Shown: in pieces, positions 19,101 through 30,000 of the stretch
Layout: the number at the start of each line of letters is the position of its first letter
How positions within the stretch are numbered: position 1 is the first letter of the stretch
Assembly (NCBI GenBank): GCA_963827235.1
Contig: CAWHAE010000016.1
Span: 1,156,002-1,220,001, forward strand
Origin: an uncultured bacterium
GTDB taxonomy: Bacteria > Chloroflexota > UBA5177 > JANWHV01
Length of the DNA stretch: 64,000 nt
Direction of reading: 5' to 3'
The notes under the pieces: model-generated
The model's input: only the letters and a program-made list of their open reading frames with translations
Databases searched by the model: none
Told to the model about the DNA's origin: nothing
Position numbers and translations under genes: made by a program

Positions 19101-20723
19101 ATGAAGGCGATGAGACGCGCAACTGTCGGCGCTCTGCTGGTCTGTATGCTTATCTTGCCGGCGTTAGGTCAATCGACAACCCGGGCGGCCACTACCCGCG
19201 CCACAGGGGGGACGCTGGTGGTCACCGCCCAGGCCGACCTTCCCTCGCTGGACCCGGCGATCGCCTACGACTTCAACGGTTACAACACGATCCATAACAT
19301 GTTCAATGGTCTGCTCGACTACAAGCAAGGCACCCTGCAGCTGGTGCCCTCCATCGCGGCGGCCATGCCCACTGTGAGCGCCGACGGTCTGGTATGGACG
19401 TTCAACCTGCGCAAAGGAGTCCTGTTCCAGGAACCGGTCAATCGTGAGGTCCAGGCGTCGGACTTCAAGTACAGCTGGGAACGTGTGCTCAATCCCAAAA
19501 CCGCGAGTCCGGGCTCGGGTTTCTTCATGGACATCCAGGGCGCGGCCGCCTATGCCGCGGGCAAGGCGAAGGACGTGTCGGGGATCCAAGTCCTTGGGCC
19601 ATACACACTGCAGATACGTCTGGTCAAGCCCTACGTTCCCTTCAAGTACATCTGCGCCATGACCTTCGCCTACGTGGTCCCGCGGGAAATCGTGGACAAG
19701 TATCCCAAGGACTTCTCGCACCACGCCGTGGGCACCGGCGCCTTCAGGCTGGCCCAGTGGATTCCAGGCCAGAAGATTGTGCTGGAGCGAAACCCTCACT
19801 TCTTCATCAGCGGCCTGCCACGCGTGGACAGTGTCGTCTTCAATATCGGCCCGGCCCCCGATGTCGCCATCATGCAGGTCCAGCGCGATCAGGCCGACAT
19901 CCCTTCCGATGAGCTTACCGCCCCGGAGTACCTGAGCCTGAAGACAGATCCCCAATGGGGACCGCGCATCTATAGGGAACCAAGCATTGCCACCACCTAC
20001 ATCTTTATGAACACTGCGATACCCCCGTTCACCAACAGGCTGGTACGGCAAGCCGTGGCCATGGCGTTCAACAAAGAGCGCCTCGTGGCGGTGGGCTCCG
20101 GCGGCCTGGGCTCGCCGACCGGTGGCGTGCTGCCCCCGCTGATGCCCTGTTACGATTCCCACCTGAAGACCTGGCAGTATGACCCGGCACAGGCTCGGCA
20201 GTTGCTGGCCCAGGCCGGATATCCTCATGGCTTCAGCACCACGATCTATGCCAGCGGCACTAGTGTGTCGCAAGCGCGTCCCGAAGAAGTGATGCAACAG
20301 GAGCTGGCCGCCATCGGCGTTAAGGCGGATATTAAGATGGCCGTCGGCTCGACCTGGGCCACGTTGATCACCACGCCCAAGGCAGTGCCGATCTCCCTGA
20401 ACGCCTGGACGCTCGACTTCCCTGATCCGTCCGACTTCATTGACCCTATCTTGACGACCGCAGCCGCCCAGAACGGCGGCTCGAATTTCGCATTCTACAG
20501 CAATCCCCTCGTGGATAACCTGGCTGCCAGGGCCGATCAAGAACAGGATCAGGCCAAGCGATGCTCGCTCTACCACCAGGCGGAGCAAACCATCGTCGAC
20601 GATGCGCCCTGGGTGCCGATCTACAACCCTGACCACGCCACTATCGTCTCCTCGCACGTGGCAGGGTTCTACATGAGCCCAATCTGGTATGGATATGACT
20701 TCGAGTACTACAGCGTGAAGTAA
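19101..20723 (+). CDS. ABC substrate-binding protein, family 5 (DppA/OppA type)
   Basis: Signal peptide, SLDPAIAYD, WTFNLRKGVLF, GTGAFRL. Confidence 0.95.
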   Translation: MKAMRRATVGALLVCMLILPALGQSTTRAATTRATGGTLVVTAQADLPSLDPAIAYDFNGYNTIHNMFNGLLDYKQGTLQLVPSIAAAMPTVSADGLVWTFNLRKGVLFQEPVNREVQASDFKYSWERVLNPKTASPGSGFFMDIQGAAAYAAGKAKDVSGIQVLGPYTLQIRLVKPYVPFKYICAMTFAYVVPREIVDKYPKDFSHHAVGTGAFRLAQWIPGQKIVLERNPHFFISGLPRVDSVVFNIGPAPDVAIMQVQRDQADIPSDELTAPEYLSLKTDPQWGPRIYREPSIATTYIFMNTAIPPFTNRLVRQAVAMAFNKERLVAVGSGGLGSPTGGVLPPLMPCYDSHLKTWQYDPAQARQLLAQAGYPHGFSTTIYASGTSVSQARPEEVMQQELAAIGVKADIKMAVGSTWATLITTPKAVPISLNAWTLDFPDPSDFIDPILTTAAAQNGGSNFAFYSNPLVDNLAARADQEQDQAKRCSLYHQAEQTIVDDAPWVPIYNPDHATIVSSHVAGFYMSPIWYGYDFEYYSVK

Positions 20724-20725
20724 CA

Positions 20726-21646
20726 ATGGCCAGCTACATCATTCGCCGGCTCCTGTGGGTTGTCGTGGTTCTGTGGGGTGTGTCAGTGCTCACCTTCATC
20801 GTCACCTATGCCGTGCCGGCCGATCCGGCCAGACTCTACGCAGGCACACACGCCTCCGCCGCTGCAGTGCAGAGCATCCGGCACCAGATGGGACTCGACC
20901 AGCCTGCCTACGTGCAGTACGTTGAGTACCTCTGGCGGGTCCTGCACGGAGATTTCGGTTACTCGTACCACCTGGGACTGAACGTGCTGCCGGCCATCGC
21001 CGGGCGTTTCCCGGCTACGGCTGAGCTGGCGTTGGGCGGCATCGTCGCCGAGATGCTCCTCGGCTTGCCGCTCGGCATCATCGCCGCACTTCGTCACGGT
21101 GGCGCCATGGACAGGGTGATCCTGTTGGTGAGTCTTGTCGGGATCTCCGCTCCCCAGTTCTGGCTCGGCCTGATGTTGATCTACTACTTCGGCTACGTCT
21201 GGCCGATCTTCCCTCTGGGTGGCTATGGCAGTCTCATCAACCTCGTGCTGCCGTCGCTGACTTTGGGAATCGGAGGTGCTGGGTGGTATGCGCGCATGCT
21301 GCGCTCGACAATGCTAGACATCATGGAGATGGACTACGTGCGCACGGCACGGGCGAAGGGTGTGCCCCGAAGGGGAATAGTAGTGCGGCACATGTTGCGG
21401 AACGCCCTTAGCCCCATCGTCACCATGCTGGGCCTCGATCTCGGCTACTTTTTGGGCGGCGTGCTGGTCGTGGAGACGGTCTTCGGCTGGCCGGGCATAG
21501 GCAGGCAGGGCTGGGAGGCCATCAGTTACCAGGACGTACCGATGATTATGGGCACGGTGCTCTTCGCCGCTCTGGTGATTGTCCTCGTCAACCTTGTTGT
21601 CGACGTGAGCTACGGCTTCCTCGATCCCCGCGTGCGTTACGAGTGA
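20726..21646 (+). CDS. ABC transporter permease (DppB/OppB type)
   Basis: YIIRRLL, GDFGYSY, DYVRTARAKG, VETVFGWPGIG. Confidence 0.95.
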   Translation: MASYIIRRLLWVVVVLWGVSVLTFIVTYAVPADPARLYAGTHASAAAVQSIRHQMGLDQPAYVQYVEYLWRVLHGDFGYSYHLGLNVLPAIAGRFPATAELALGGIVAEMLLGLPLGIIAALRHGGAMDRVILLVSLVGISAPQFWLGLMLIYYFGYVWPIFPLGGYGSLINLVLPSLTLGIGGAGWYARMLRSTMLDIMEMDYVRTARAKGVPRRGIVVRHMLRNALSPIVTMLGLDLGYFLGGVLVVETVFGWPGIGRQGWEAISYQDVPMIMGTVLFAALVIVLVNLVVDVSYGFLDPRVRYE

Positions 21647-21678
21647 GCGGGCCGATAGGCCCCTTCGGCCTGCTCACC
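21643..21678 (+). other. Intra-operon stem-loop
   Basis: GTGAGCGGGCCGA...TCGGCCTGCTCAC between the permease and GH4. Confidence 0.5.
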
Positions 21679-21727
21679 CGTAGCGCACATCACATGAAGT
21701 ATCAGACCCGCGGAGGGAGGACAGGCG

Positions 21728-23053
21728 ATGACCAGGATCACGTTTGTCGGCGCCGGCAGTTACAACTTTACCCGCGAGCTCGTGCGCGATATCCTGACCT
21801 TTCCCCTGCTGCCCGACAGCACACTCGTGCTTATGGACATCGATGCCGAGCGGCTCGAGTTCGCCGATAGGTCGGTGCGGCGGATCGTCGAGCTGGGACG
21901 TTACCCGGCCCGCGTTGAGGTGACCATGGACCGGCCCACTGCGCTCAAGGACGCGGATGTCGTCGTCTGCACCATCCTGTCTGGTGGCGTCGACGTCTGG
22001 CAGCATGACCTCCTGATACCACAGACGTACGGCATTGATACCAACGTCGGCGACACACGTGGGCCGTCCGGCATCTTCCGCGCCCTTCGCACCATCCCCG
22101 TGCTGCTCGACATCGTGAAGGACATGGAGCGCTACTGCCCGGGAGCGGTATTGCTCAACTATACCAACCCAATGGCCATGCTCTGCCGCGCTGTCCAGCG
22201 CGAAACCTCCGTTCGCGCGACAGGCCTGTGCCATAGCGTGCAAGGGACTGCGGAGATGCTGGCGGGCTGGATCGGCGCGCCGGTGAGCGAGATCACCTAT
22301 ACCTGCGCCGGCATCAACCATCAGGCATGGTACCTGCGCTTCGCATGGAACGGACGCGATGCCTACCCGCTGATCCGCGAGGCCGTGGAGAAACCCGAGA
22401 TATACAGCCAGGAGATTGTGCGCAACGAGATCTTCCATGCCCTGGGCTTCTATCCGACCGAATCGAGTGGCCACAATTCCGAGTACAACTGGTGGTTCCG
22501 AAAGCGGCCCGACCTGATCGCGAAGTATTGTCTACCCGGAACCGGATGGAATCCGGGCGAGTTCGGCTACAGCTTGAAGGAATACCGTCAACGCGAAAAG
22601 ACCTGGCGCGATGAGGCAAGCAGCTGGTACGCGGCAGATGCGCCCATCGATCTCGCGCGAGGAAACGAATACGCAGCGTCCATCATCAATGCACTCCAGG
22701 GCGGTGAGCCTTTCTGCTTCAACGGCAACGTGCGCAACAGCTCGCTGATAACGAATCTGCCGCCCGATGCCTGCGTCGAGGTGCCCGTGTACGTGGACCG
22801 GGGCGGTTTCCATCCGGTGCATGTGGGCGCGCTGCCGCCACAGCTTGTCGCGCTCAACCACGTAAGCGTCATGGTAGAGGAAATGGCCGTCGAGGCGGCC
22901 CTTACCGGCGATCCGCGGCTGGTATTCCAGGCGATCGCCTACGACCCACTGACTGCGGCAGTACTCTCCCTGGCCGAGATCCGGGCACTGGTCAACGAGA
23001 TGCTGGAACAGAATCGTTCCTACCTGCCGCAGTTCCGGCACTTCGTGGCGTAG
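21728..23053 (+). CDS. melA: GH4 alpha-galactosidase/alpha-glucosidase
   Basis: [55 protein letters not shown]. Confidence 0.9.
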   Translation: MTRITFVGAGSYNFTRELVRDILTFPLLPDSTLVLMDIDAERLEFADRSVRRIVELGRYPARVEVTMDRPTALKDADVVVCTILSGGVDVWQHDLLIPQTYGIDTNVGDTRGPSGIFRALRTIPVLLDIVKDMERYCPGAVLLNYTNPMAMLCRAVQRETSVRATGLCHSVQGTAEMLAGWIGAPVSEITYTCAGINHQAWYLRFAWNGRDAYPLIREAVEKPEIYSQEIVRNEIFHALGFYPTESSGHNSEYNWWFRKRPDLIAKYCLPGTGWNPGEFGYSLKEYRQREKTWRDEASSWYAADAPIDLARGNEYAASIINALQGGEPFCFNGNVRNSSLITNLPPDACVEVPVYVDRGGFHPVHVGALPPQLVALNHVSVMVEEMAVEAALTGDPRLVFQAIAYDPLTAAVLSLAEIRALVNEMLEQNRSYLPQFRHFVA

Positions 23054-23063
23054 TCGAAGCTGC

Positions 23064-23095
23064 CACGGCCGCCTGGCGGGAACCAGGCGGCCGTG
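23064..23095 (+). terminator. 13-bp perfect stem-loop after GH4 (terminator or mRNA stabiliser)
   Basis: CACGGCCGCCTGG-CGGGAA-CCAGGCGGCCGTG. Confidence 0.55.
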
Positions 23096-23155
23096 CGAAA
23101 GTCGACGGGCACGGCGCAGATTGGTGGATGCGATGCAATACGGAAAGGCTTGCCA

Positions 23156-23923
23156 ATGGGTGTGCTCGATGGGAAGAAAGTGCTGGTGACAGGAGCGGGA
23201 ACTGGTATCGGCCGCGGCATCGCCATGGAGTGTGCGCGGGCGGGGGCCAGTGTAGCGCTGCACTATGCTTCTAGCGGCCAGGGGGCGCAGGACGCACTGG
23301 AAACGCTGCGGAGCGAAGATGTCGAAGCCGTGGCCGTACAGGCGGATCTCAGCCGAACAGTCGAGTGCCAGGAGCTCGTAGACAGGGCCGCGGCACTCCT
23401 CGGGGGTCTCGACGTGCTGATCAACAACGCCGGCGTCAGTCTCAAGAAACCATTTCTCGACACGACGGTGGACGACTTCGACTTTGTCGTCGGCCTGAAC
23501 TTGCGCGGCTACTTCTTGTGCGCGCAACGGGCCGTGTCCTATCTGCTGGACCGAGGCGGTGGCTGCATCCTCAATATATCTTCAGGGCAGGCTATTCTGG
23601 GAGTGCCCGGACACGCAGCCTATGCAGCCACCAAGGGTGCAATCGTCAGCTTCACCCGCGAGTTGGCAGTCGAGCTGGCACCATTGCGCATCCGGGTCAA
23701 TGCTGTCGGGCCGGGTCTGATCGAAGTGCCGCGCTTCTACACTGCTATGCCCGGCTACACCCGTGAGCGCGCGGCGTCGCAGATACCCTGGGGCCGGGTC
23801 GGCGTTCCCGAGGATGTTGGACGGGTCGTCGTATTCCTCGTCTCGGATGCAGCCGACTTCGTCACCGGGCAGATGCTGTACGTCGACGGCGGCACGACCG
23901 CCACAATTCCAGATGCGCTGTGA
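23156..23923 (+). CDS. Classical SDR oxidoreductase (putative sugar dehydrogenase)
   Basis: VTGAGTGIG, LINNAG, YAATK, VTGQMLYVDGG. Confidence 0.9.
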   Translation: MGVLDGKKVLVTGAGTGIGRGIAMECARAGASVALHYASSGQGAQDALETLRSEDVEAVAVQADLSRTVECQELVDRAAALLGGLDVLINNAGVSLKKPFLDTTVDDFDFVVGLNLRGYFLCAQRAVSYLLDRGGGCILNISSGQAILGVPGHAAYAATKGAIVSFTRELAVELAPLRIRVNAVGPGLIEVPRFYTAMPGYTRERAASQIPWGRVGVPEDVGRVVVFLVSDAADFVTGQMLYVDGGTTATIPDAL

Positions 23924-24046
23924 GGTGCGTGGTTCCTTATAGGGCTGAGCACACTCGGTCACTGCGCGCGATACGTAATCGACATCTGTCCGTCTGCCGG
24001 CTCACCGACGATACGGATGGAATGCAACCACAGAGAGGCGTGAGGC

Positions 24047-25801
24047 ATGGTGCAACCCACGGTCGACACGAGCCGGGGCGTGTCGCGCAGCGGCGCGTGG
24101 CTCAATCGGACGGACTTCGAGGGCTGGGCGCAGCGGGGCTGCCTCAAGGCTGAGGGATTCTCCGAAGCATCGTTCAAGAACCGCCCGGTCATAGGCATCT
24201 GCAACACGTGGAGCGAGCTCGTCCACTGCAATGCGCACCTACGAGCTGTTGCCGAGGCGGTCAAACGCGGCGTGCTCCAGGCCGGCGGGTTCCCGCTGGA
24301 GTTTCCGGTGATGTCGCTCGGCGAGCCGTTCATGAAGCCCACGACCATGCTCTACCGGAATCTGATGGCTATGGACGTCGAGGAATCCATCCGCGCCTAT
24401 CCGCTGGATGGCGTGGTGCTGCTGGTGGGGTGTGACAAGACAACGCCCGCTTGCCTGATGGGGGCTGCCAGTGCCGACGTCCCGGCTATCGTCGTACCCG
24501 GTGGCCCACAACTCAACGCATACTGGCGGGGACGGCCGATCGGCAACTGCACGGACTGCTGGTTCTACACCGAAGAGTTCCGGGCAGGCCGGATCTCGCT
24601 GGCAGATTGGCAGGACCTCGAGGAGTCGGCGGTCCGCTCCCCGGGCCACTGCATGACAATGGGCACGGCGTCCACCATGGCTTGTCTGGTCGAAGCGCTC
24701 GGGATGGCGCTTCCCGGATCGGCCGCCATACCGGCGGCCGATTCGCGTCATAAGCGAGCCGCCGAGGCGGCGGGCCGATCAATCGTCGATCTTGTCCGGC
24801 GCGATGTGAGGCCGTCCTCAATACTCACGATGCAGTCGTTTGAGAACGCCATTCGGACCCTGCACGCGATCGGCGGCTCGACGAACGGCATCCTGCACCT
24901 TATCGCGCTTGCAGGCCGCGTCGGCATCCCGCTGCCGCTCGAAATGTTCGAATCGCTCGGCGCCACGACGCCGTGCCTGCTCAACCTCAAGCCTTCCGGG
25001 TCATACCTCATGGAGGATTTCTTTTTCGCTGGCGGCCTGCCTGCCCTCTTGACCCGCATCCGCGATCTCCTGCATCTGGACACGCCGACTGTGTCGGGAC
25101 AGACCATCGGCGAGACACTCGACAGGGTCGCGGTCGTCAACGAGGCGGTCATACTGCCGAGAAGTCAGCCTCTCTCGCCGCACGGCGCGCTCAACGTGCT
25201 GCACGGGAATCTCTGTCCAGATGGCGCAGTGATCAAGGTGACAGCGGCGTCTAAGGAACTACTTGTCCATGAGGGAACGGCGGTCGTGTTTGAGGACCTC
25301 GCCGACCTTGAAGCGCGGCTCGACGATCCGGAGCTCGAAGTTGACCCATCCAGCGTGCTTGTGCTGAAGAACGCTGGACCATTAGGCGCCCCTGGCATGC
25401 CTGAGGTCGGTCAGCTCCCGATCCCCAAGAAGCTGTTGCGCGCCGGGGTCAGCGATATGGTACGCATCAGCGATGCGCGGATGAGCGGAACGGCGTACGG
25501 CACTGTGGTGCTGCACATCGCGCCCGAGTCGGCGGTCGGCGGGCCGCTATCCCTGGTACAGAACGGCGATCCTATTCGGCTCGACGTATCGAGCCGTTGC
25601 CTCGACCTGCTGGTGGACCAGCCGGAGCTGTCTCGACGCCAGCTTGCTTGGCGCGCGCGTGCGCCGTACTACGATCGCGGATTCGGAAAGCTCTACCTGG
25701 AGCACGTGCAGCAGGCAAATCTCGGCTGCGATTTCGACTTTCTGCGGGGCGCTACTCCTTGTATCGGTGCGGAGCCTCTTGCGCGGGCCGGAGCGGAGTA
25801 A
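24047..25801 (+). CDS. IlvD/Edd-family sugar-acid dehydratase
   Basis: GICNTWSELVHCNAHL, GCDKTTPA, GHCMTMGTASTM, ISDARMSGTAYGTVVLH (arabinonate/xylonate dehydratase-like). Confidence 0.9.
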   Translation: MVQPTVDTSRGVSRSGAWLNRTDFEGWAQRGCLKAEGFSEASFKNRPVIGICNTWSELVHCNAHLRAVAEAVKRGVLQAGGFPLEFPVMSLGEPFMKPTTMLYRNLMAMDVEESIRAYPLDGVVLLVGCDKTTPACLMGAASADVPAIVVPGGPQLNAYWRGRPIGNCTDCWFYTEEFRAGRISLADWQDLEESAVRSPGHCMTMGTASTMACLVEALGMALPGSAAIPAADSRHKRAAEAAGRSIVDLVRRDVRPSSILTMQSFENAIRTLHAIGGSTNGILHLIALAGRVGIPLPLEMFESLGATTPCLLNLKPSGSYLMEDFFFAGGLPALLTRIRDLLHLDTPTVSGQTIGETLDRVAVVNEAVILPRSQPLSPHGALNVLHGNLCPDGAVIKVTAASKELLVHEGTAVVFEDLADLEARLDDPELEVDPSSVLVLKNAGPLGAPGMPEVGQLPIPKKLLRAGVSDMVRISDARMSGTAYGTVVLHIAPESAVGGPLSLVQNGDPIRLDVSSRCLDLLVDQPELSRRQLAWRARAPYYDRGFGKLYLEHVQQANLGCDFDFLRGATPCIGAEPLARAGAE

Positions 25802-25819
25802 CGCCGGAAGGAGCGTGAA

Positions 25820-26713
25820 GTGGTGCTCAGCGGTATAGTCTGTCCGATGATGAGTCCGATCGATAGCGAAGGGCGCGTGAACCGCACCGCGACGGCCGCC
25901 CTCACCGGCCATCTGCTAGCCGGGCCGGTCGATGCCATCCTGGTAGCCGGCACGACCGGGGAGTTTCACTGCCTCTCGGACGCTGCATGGTCGTCGCTGA
26001 TAGACGTTGCGCTTTGTGAGATCGCTGGGGCGGTCCCGGTCCTCGTCAATGTGTCGCATTGCAGCGTGCGCGTGGCGGCGGAACGCGCGCGCCACGCGGC
26101 ACGCCAGGGAGCCACCTATGTGACCTCGATACCACCCTACTATGTGCCGCTCGGAAACGACGGCCTCGTCGCGTTCTATCAGCATCTGGCCGACGCATCG
26201 AGTGTGCCGCTCGTTCTCTACAACATCCCCCAGTTCACCAAGTGCGACCTAATGCCGGTGCTGCCAATCCTGGCGGAACACCCGAACATCGTGGGCATCA
26301 AGGAATCGTCAGGGCTGCTCGAGGGGCTGACCGCGATCCCGCGGCGAGTTGGTCGACCATTCATTCGGCTGGCTGGCACCGACGTACTCTTGCCTGCCGC
26401 GGTTGCTCAGCAGATCGACGGCGTGGTGCCCGGTCTCGCCAATGTGATTCCGCGGCTGTACCGCCAATGGTGGGACACTCTGGAATCTGGTGATCGAGCC
26501 CATGCGCATGACAGCGAAGCCGGGATCCATGCCTTCACCGACCTCTACGCGGCGGTGCCTGGGGCAGCACCTCATATGGCTGTGTATCGTTCCGGTCTCC
26601 GCTTGCTCGGCATCGATCCCGGAAGTCCCTGCGGCATTGATGCGTCGCTTCCCGAGCACGTGCAGCGCCAGCTCGAAGCGGCGTTGGCGAACGCGACCCA
26701 GCTCGCGCCCTGA
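25820..26713 (+). CDS. DHDPS/NAL-family lyase (putative 2-keto-3-deoxy sugar-acid aldolase/dehydratase)
   Basis: AGTTGEF, LYNIPQFT, IVGIKESSG Schiff-base Lys. Confidence 0.85.
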   Translation: MVLSGIVCPMMSPIDSEGRVNRTATAALTGHLLAGPVDAILVAGTTGEFHCLSDAAWSSLIDVALCEIAGAVPVLVNVSHCSVRVAAERARHAARQGATYVTSIPPYYVPLGNDGLVAFYQHLADASSVPLVLYNIPQFTKCDLMPVLPILAEHPNIVGIKESSGLLEGLTAIPRRVGRPFIRLAGTDVLLPAAVAQQIDGVVPGLANVIPRLYRQWWDTLESGDRAHAHDSEAGIHAFTDLYAAVPGAAPHMAVYRSGLRLLGIDPGSPCGIDASLPEHVQRQLEAALANATQLAP

Positions 26714-26866
26714 TACGAACACGTCGCATAACTACTGAAACCGTCGGTCGCTCTCCGCTCAGGCAGAATTCGGAAACCGTCATCTCCTGCATCAGCGCAA
26801 TCTCGCGCGAGAGAACCTCGTCGGCGTCGGCGGAGTGCGTCTTCGATCAACAGTGAGGAGACTGCT

Positions 26867-29341
26867 ATGACACGTGCGATCCATCTGGTGTGCAATGCCC
26901 ATATCGACCCGGTCTGGCAGTGGGAGTGGGATGAAGGGCTGGCGGCGGCACTGGCGACATTTCGCACTGCCGCGGACATCTGCGAGGAGTCTGAGACGCT
27001 CATCTTCAACCACAACGAGGCGATTCTCTATCAGTGGATCGAGGAGCACGATCGCCGGCTGTTCGACCGAATACGCCGCCTCGCCGGCGCTGGGCGCTGG
27101 CACATCATGGGAGGCTGGTTTCTGCAGCCCGACTGCAATATGCTGGCCGGCGAGTCCTACGTGCGGCAGATAGGAGTTGGGCGCCGGTACTTCCTCGACC
27201 GATTTGGCATGGCGCCGACGACCGCCATCAACTTCGACGCCTTTGGGCATTCGCGCGGCCTCGTCCAGGTCATGGCGAAGTGCGGCTTCGATTCCTATCT
27301 ATGCTGCCGCCCCGATCCCGGCTGGCTGACGCTGCCTGCCGATACCTTCACCTGGGTGGGCTATGACGGATCGCGCGTCACTGTCCACCGTTCGGACCAG
27401 TACGAGTCGGCGCTGGGCGGGGCCCGCAGCAAAGTAGAGACGTGGCTACGCGGCCACCAGGAGACGCAGATCGGCCTCGTCTTGTGGGGCGTCGGAGACC
27501 ACGGCGGCGGACCTTCTCGGAGAGATGTGAAGGATCTAGATGCGCTGATCGGCGAGATTCATAACGCGGACATACGCCATTCGACCCCGGAACAGTATTT
27601 TCGCGACGTGCACGCTCGGGCGGAAGCACTGCCCGAGTTCGCGGAGGACCTCAATCCCTGGGGCGTCGGCTGCTATACGTCGATGGCCCGGGTGAAGCAG
27701 CGGCATCGGCGCCTGGAGGACTCGCTCTACTGTATCGAGCGCATGGCGGCCTGTGCTGCGGCCCAGGATCTGATGGCCTATCCGCACGAGGAGCTTGGCG
27801 CGGCCGAGAGGGACCTGCTGTTCGTGCAGTTCCACGATATTCTTCCGGGTTCTTCGGTGGAGGCGGTGGAATCGGCGGCCTTGCGCACCATGGACCACGG
27901 TCTCGAGCTGCTCGACCGCGTCCGCGTGCATGCCTTCTTTGCTCTGGCCGCCGGCCAGCCGGCAGCGACAGATGGCACTATCCCCGTGCTCGTCTATAAC
28001 TCGCACCCGTTCCCGGTCCGCCGGTCTATCACCTGCGAGCTCCAGCTCGCGGATATCAATAGGACTGGCACATTCACCGCCGTGGACGTGCGAGATGCAC
28101 GCGGCAGCGTGCCATGCCAGATCGAGCAGGAGGCGAGCAGCCTCAACCTCGATTGGCGCAAGCGCGTGGTCTTCGACGCAGAACTGGCGCCCATGAGTAT
28201 GTCCCGCTTCGACTGCAGTCTCGTGGCACTGCCTGCACGTCGTGCGCCCGCCGTCGAGCTCGTGGCGGGCGCAATCACGCTCAGCTCGCCGACGATGGAG
28301 CTACTCGTCGACTGCAGTACAGGTCTCCTCGACAGGTATCAGGTGGAAGGCACGGAGTACGTGGTGTCGGGTGCGTGCAAGCTCCTGATCATGGCCGACG
28401 ACGACGATTCGTGGGGCATGCGTGTGCGTGAGTTTCGCACCGTGGTCGGGAGCTTCAGCTTGATGTCTCCAGAGTCGGCGGCTCGATTCTGCGGTTCGCA
28501 TGCCAAGGCCGTCCCGCCGGTTCGGGTCGTGGAAGATGGTGCGGTGCGCACCGTGATCGAGGCGTACTTCGCCTATGGCGACTCGGCCGCATGTCTGAGC
28601 TATGCTGTGCCGAAGCGCGGGACTGAGCTCGAAGTGCGGCTGCGGGTGTACTGGCAGGAGAAGCACCGGATGCTCAAGCTCGCCTTGTCAACACCGTTTC
28701 AGGACGCGCGCTACATCGGTCAGAGTGCGTACGGCCGTTCTGAGCTTCGCACCGACGGCAGTGAAGCAGTCGCGCAACGCTGGAGCGCGGTAGTGTCGGA
28801 CGCAGAGGACCGCGCTCTCACCTGCGTCAACGACGGCGTCTACGGCTCCGACTGCGCGGCAGGTGAGTTGCGTCTGTCGCTGCTGCGCTCGCCGGGCTAT
28901 GCGGCTTCGCACGAACTCGATCTGCCGATCTTGCCGCAGGACCGGTTCTCTCCACGGATCGATCAGGGCGAACACACCTTCCGCTTCTGGCTGTGTGGCG
29001 GCCGCATCGCCGATCGCCTCGATCACATCGATCGCGAGGCGCAAGTGCACGCCGAGCCTCCACAGGCGCTTGCGCTCTTTCCCTCCGGCGAGGGCACGCT
29101 CCCGGTCCCGCTTGTTACGCTGAGCGACAATGTGATACAGCTGACGGCGTGCAGGAGACCGGCCGACTGCGACGGCTACGTCCTGCGACTGTTCGAGCCT
29201 ACGGGACGTGCCCGGGAGACTGAGGTGTCTATCCCGTTGCTGCGAGTACAGCGTACAGTCCAGCTCGGTCCCTTCGAAATCAAGTCGCTGATCATGGATC
29301 TTGCTCAGCGTGACCTTCGAGATACTTCGCTTTCCACATAG
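26867..29341 (+). CDS. GH38 alpha-mannosidase
   Basis: NAHIDPVWQW, INFDAFGHS, GVGDHGGGP, QFHDILPGSS. Confidence 0.92.
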   Translation: MTRAIHLVCNAHIDPVWQWEWDEGLAAALATFRTAADICEESETLIFNHNEAILYQWIEEHDRRLFDRIRRLAGAGRWHIMGGWFLQPDCNMLAGESYVRQIGVGRRYFLDRFGMAPTTAINFDAFGHSRGLVQVMAKCGFDSYLCCRPDPGWLTLPADTFTWVGYDGSRVTVHRSDQYESALGGARSKVETWLRGHQETQIGLVLWGVGDHGGGPSRRDVKDLDALIGEIHNADIRHSTPEQYFRDVHARAEALPEFAEDLNPWGVGCYTSMARVKQRHRRLEDSLYCIERMAACAAAQDLMAYPHEELGAAERDLLFVQFHDILPGSSVEAVESAALRTMDHGLELLDRVRVHAFFALAAGQPAATDGTIPVLVYNSHPFPVRRSITCELQLADINRTGTFTAVDVRDARGSVPCQIEQEASSLNLDWRKRVVFDAELAPMSMSRFDCSLVALPARRAPAVELVAGAITLSSPTMELLVDCSTGLLDRYQVEGTEYVVSGACKLLIMADDDDSWGMRVREFRTVVGSFSLMSPESAARFCGSHAKAVPPVRVVEDGAVRTVIEAYFAYGDSAACLSYAVPKRGTELEVRLRVYWQEKHRMLKLALSTPFQDARYIGQSAYGRSELRTDGSEAVAQRWSAVVSDAEDRALTCVNDGVYGSDCAAGELRLSLLRSPGYAASHELDLPILPQDRFSPRIDQGEHTFRFWLCGGRIADRLDHIDREAQVHAEPPQALALFPSGEGTLPVPLVTLSDNVIQLTACRRPADCDGYVLRLFEPTGRARETEVSIPLLRVQRTVQLGPFEIKSLIMDLAQRDLRDTSLST

Positions 29342-30000
29342 TCGCAGCCACCGCTGTGTGGGGCGATTGTCGAACCTAGCGCCTGTTCCGCTGCTCGGCG
29401 GCAAAGATACTTCGGCCTTCGACAGCCTTCAGCACGCAAGTCCATCCAAGTACCTCTGCTCGACGACGCGATGCATCCGTATGGACACTGAACCGGACCA
29501 TACTGGAATTGGAACGTTTACGCGCAACCATGCTGCGTGTCCCCGGCCAGCATCTGGTCGGCCTGTACGACGCGCGATGTGGCTCCCGCTGGCGCCTCGC
29601 CTTGCTGCCAGCCGTTGGTGTGTCGCTCCGGCTCTTGGCATCCAAGACGTGAGAAAGCAGGCACGGGCGATCGCGTCTACGCGGAGTCAGGCACCAGGTC
29701 GTATATTGCCCGCGCCCGGTGGTGCCACCAGACTCTGTGGAAGTGCTGGCCTCTACCGCATCTTGCGCGGCAGACAATACAGTATGCGGACGAGCGAGAC
29801 CATCTCCGCGCTGCACTTCTTTGTGTACACAATGTACGCGGCTGGGCCGATTCGGCGCTGGAGAGCGGTGGAGTAAGTAAGCGGCCTCATCAAAGACATC
29901 GGCGCAGAGTGTTGAAAAACCACCCCGAACCGCAAGGCACGCGCTGGGTGCCGGGCAGCGCCGTTGCTAGCCGGAAAGATGGGAGTCAGCAAGCGCGTGG

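Noticed and set aside
19164-20726. Long antisense/shadow ORFs (e.g. 19164-20726 -, 3564-4544 +, 59614-61179 +, 55783-57039 +)
   Set aside because: Mirror frames of well-supported genes, expected in high-GC DNA; no motifs
29342-29900. ORFs in the gap after GH38
   Set aside because: No RBS-supported, motif-bearing frame; looks like non-coding or decayed sequence
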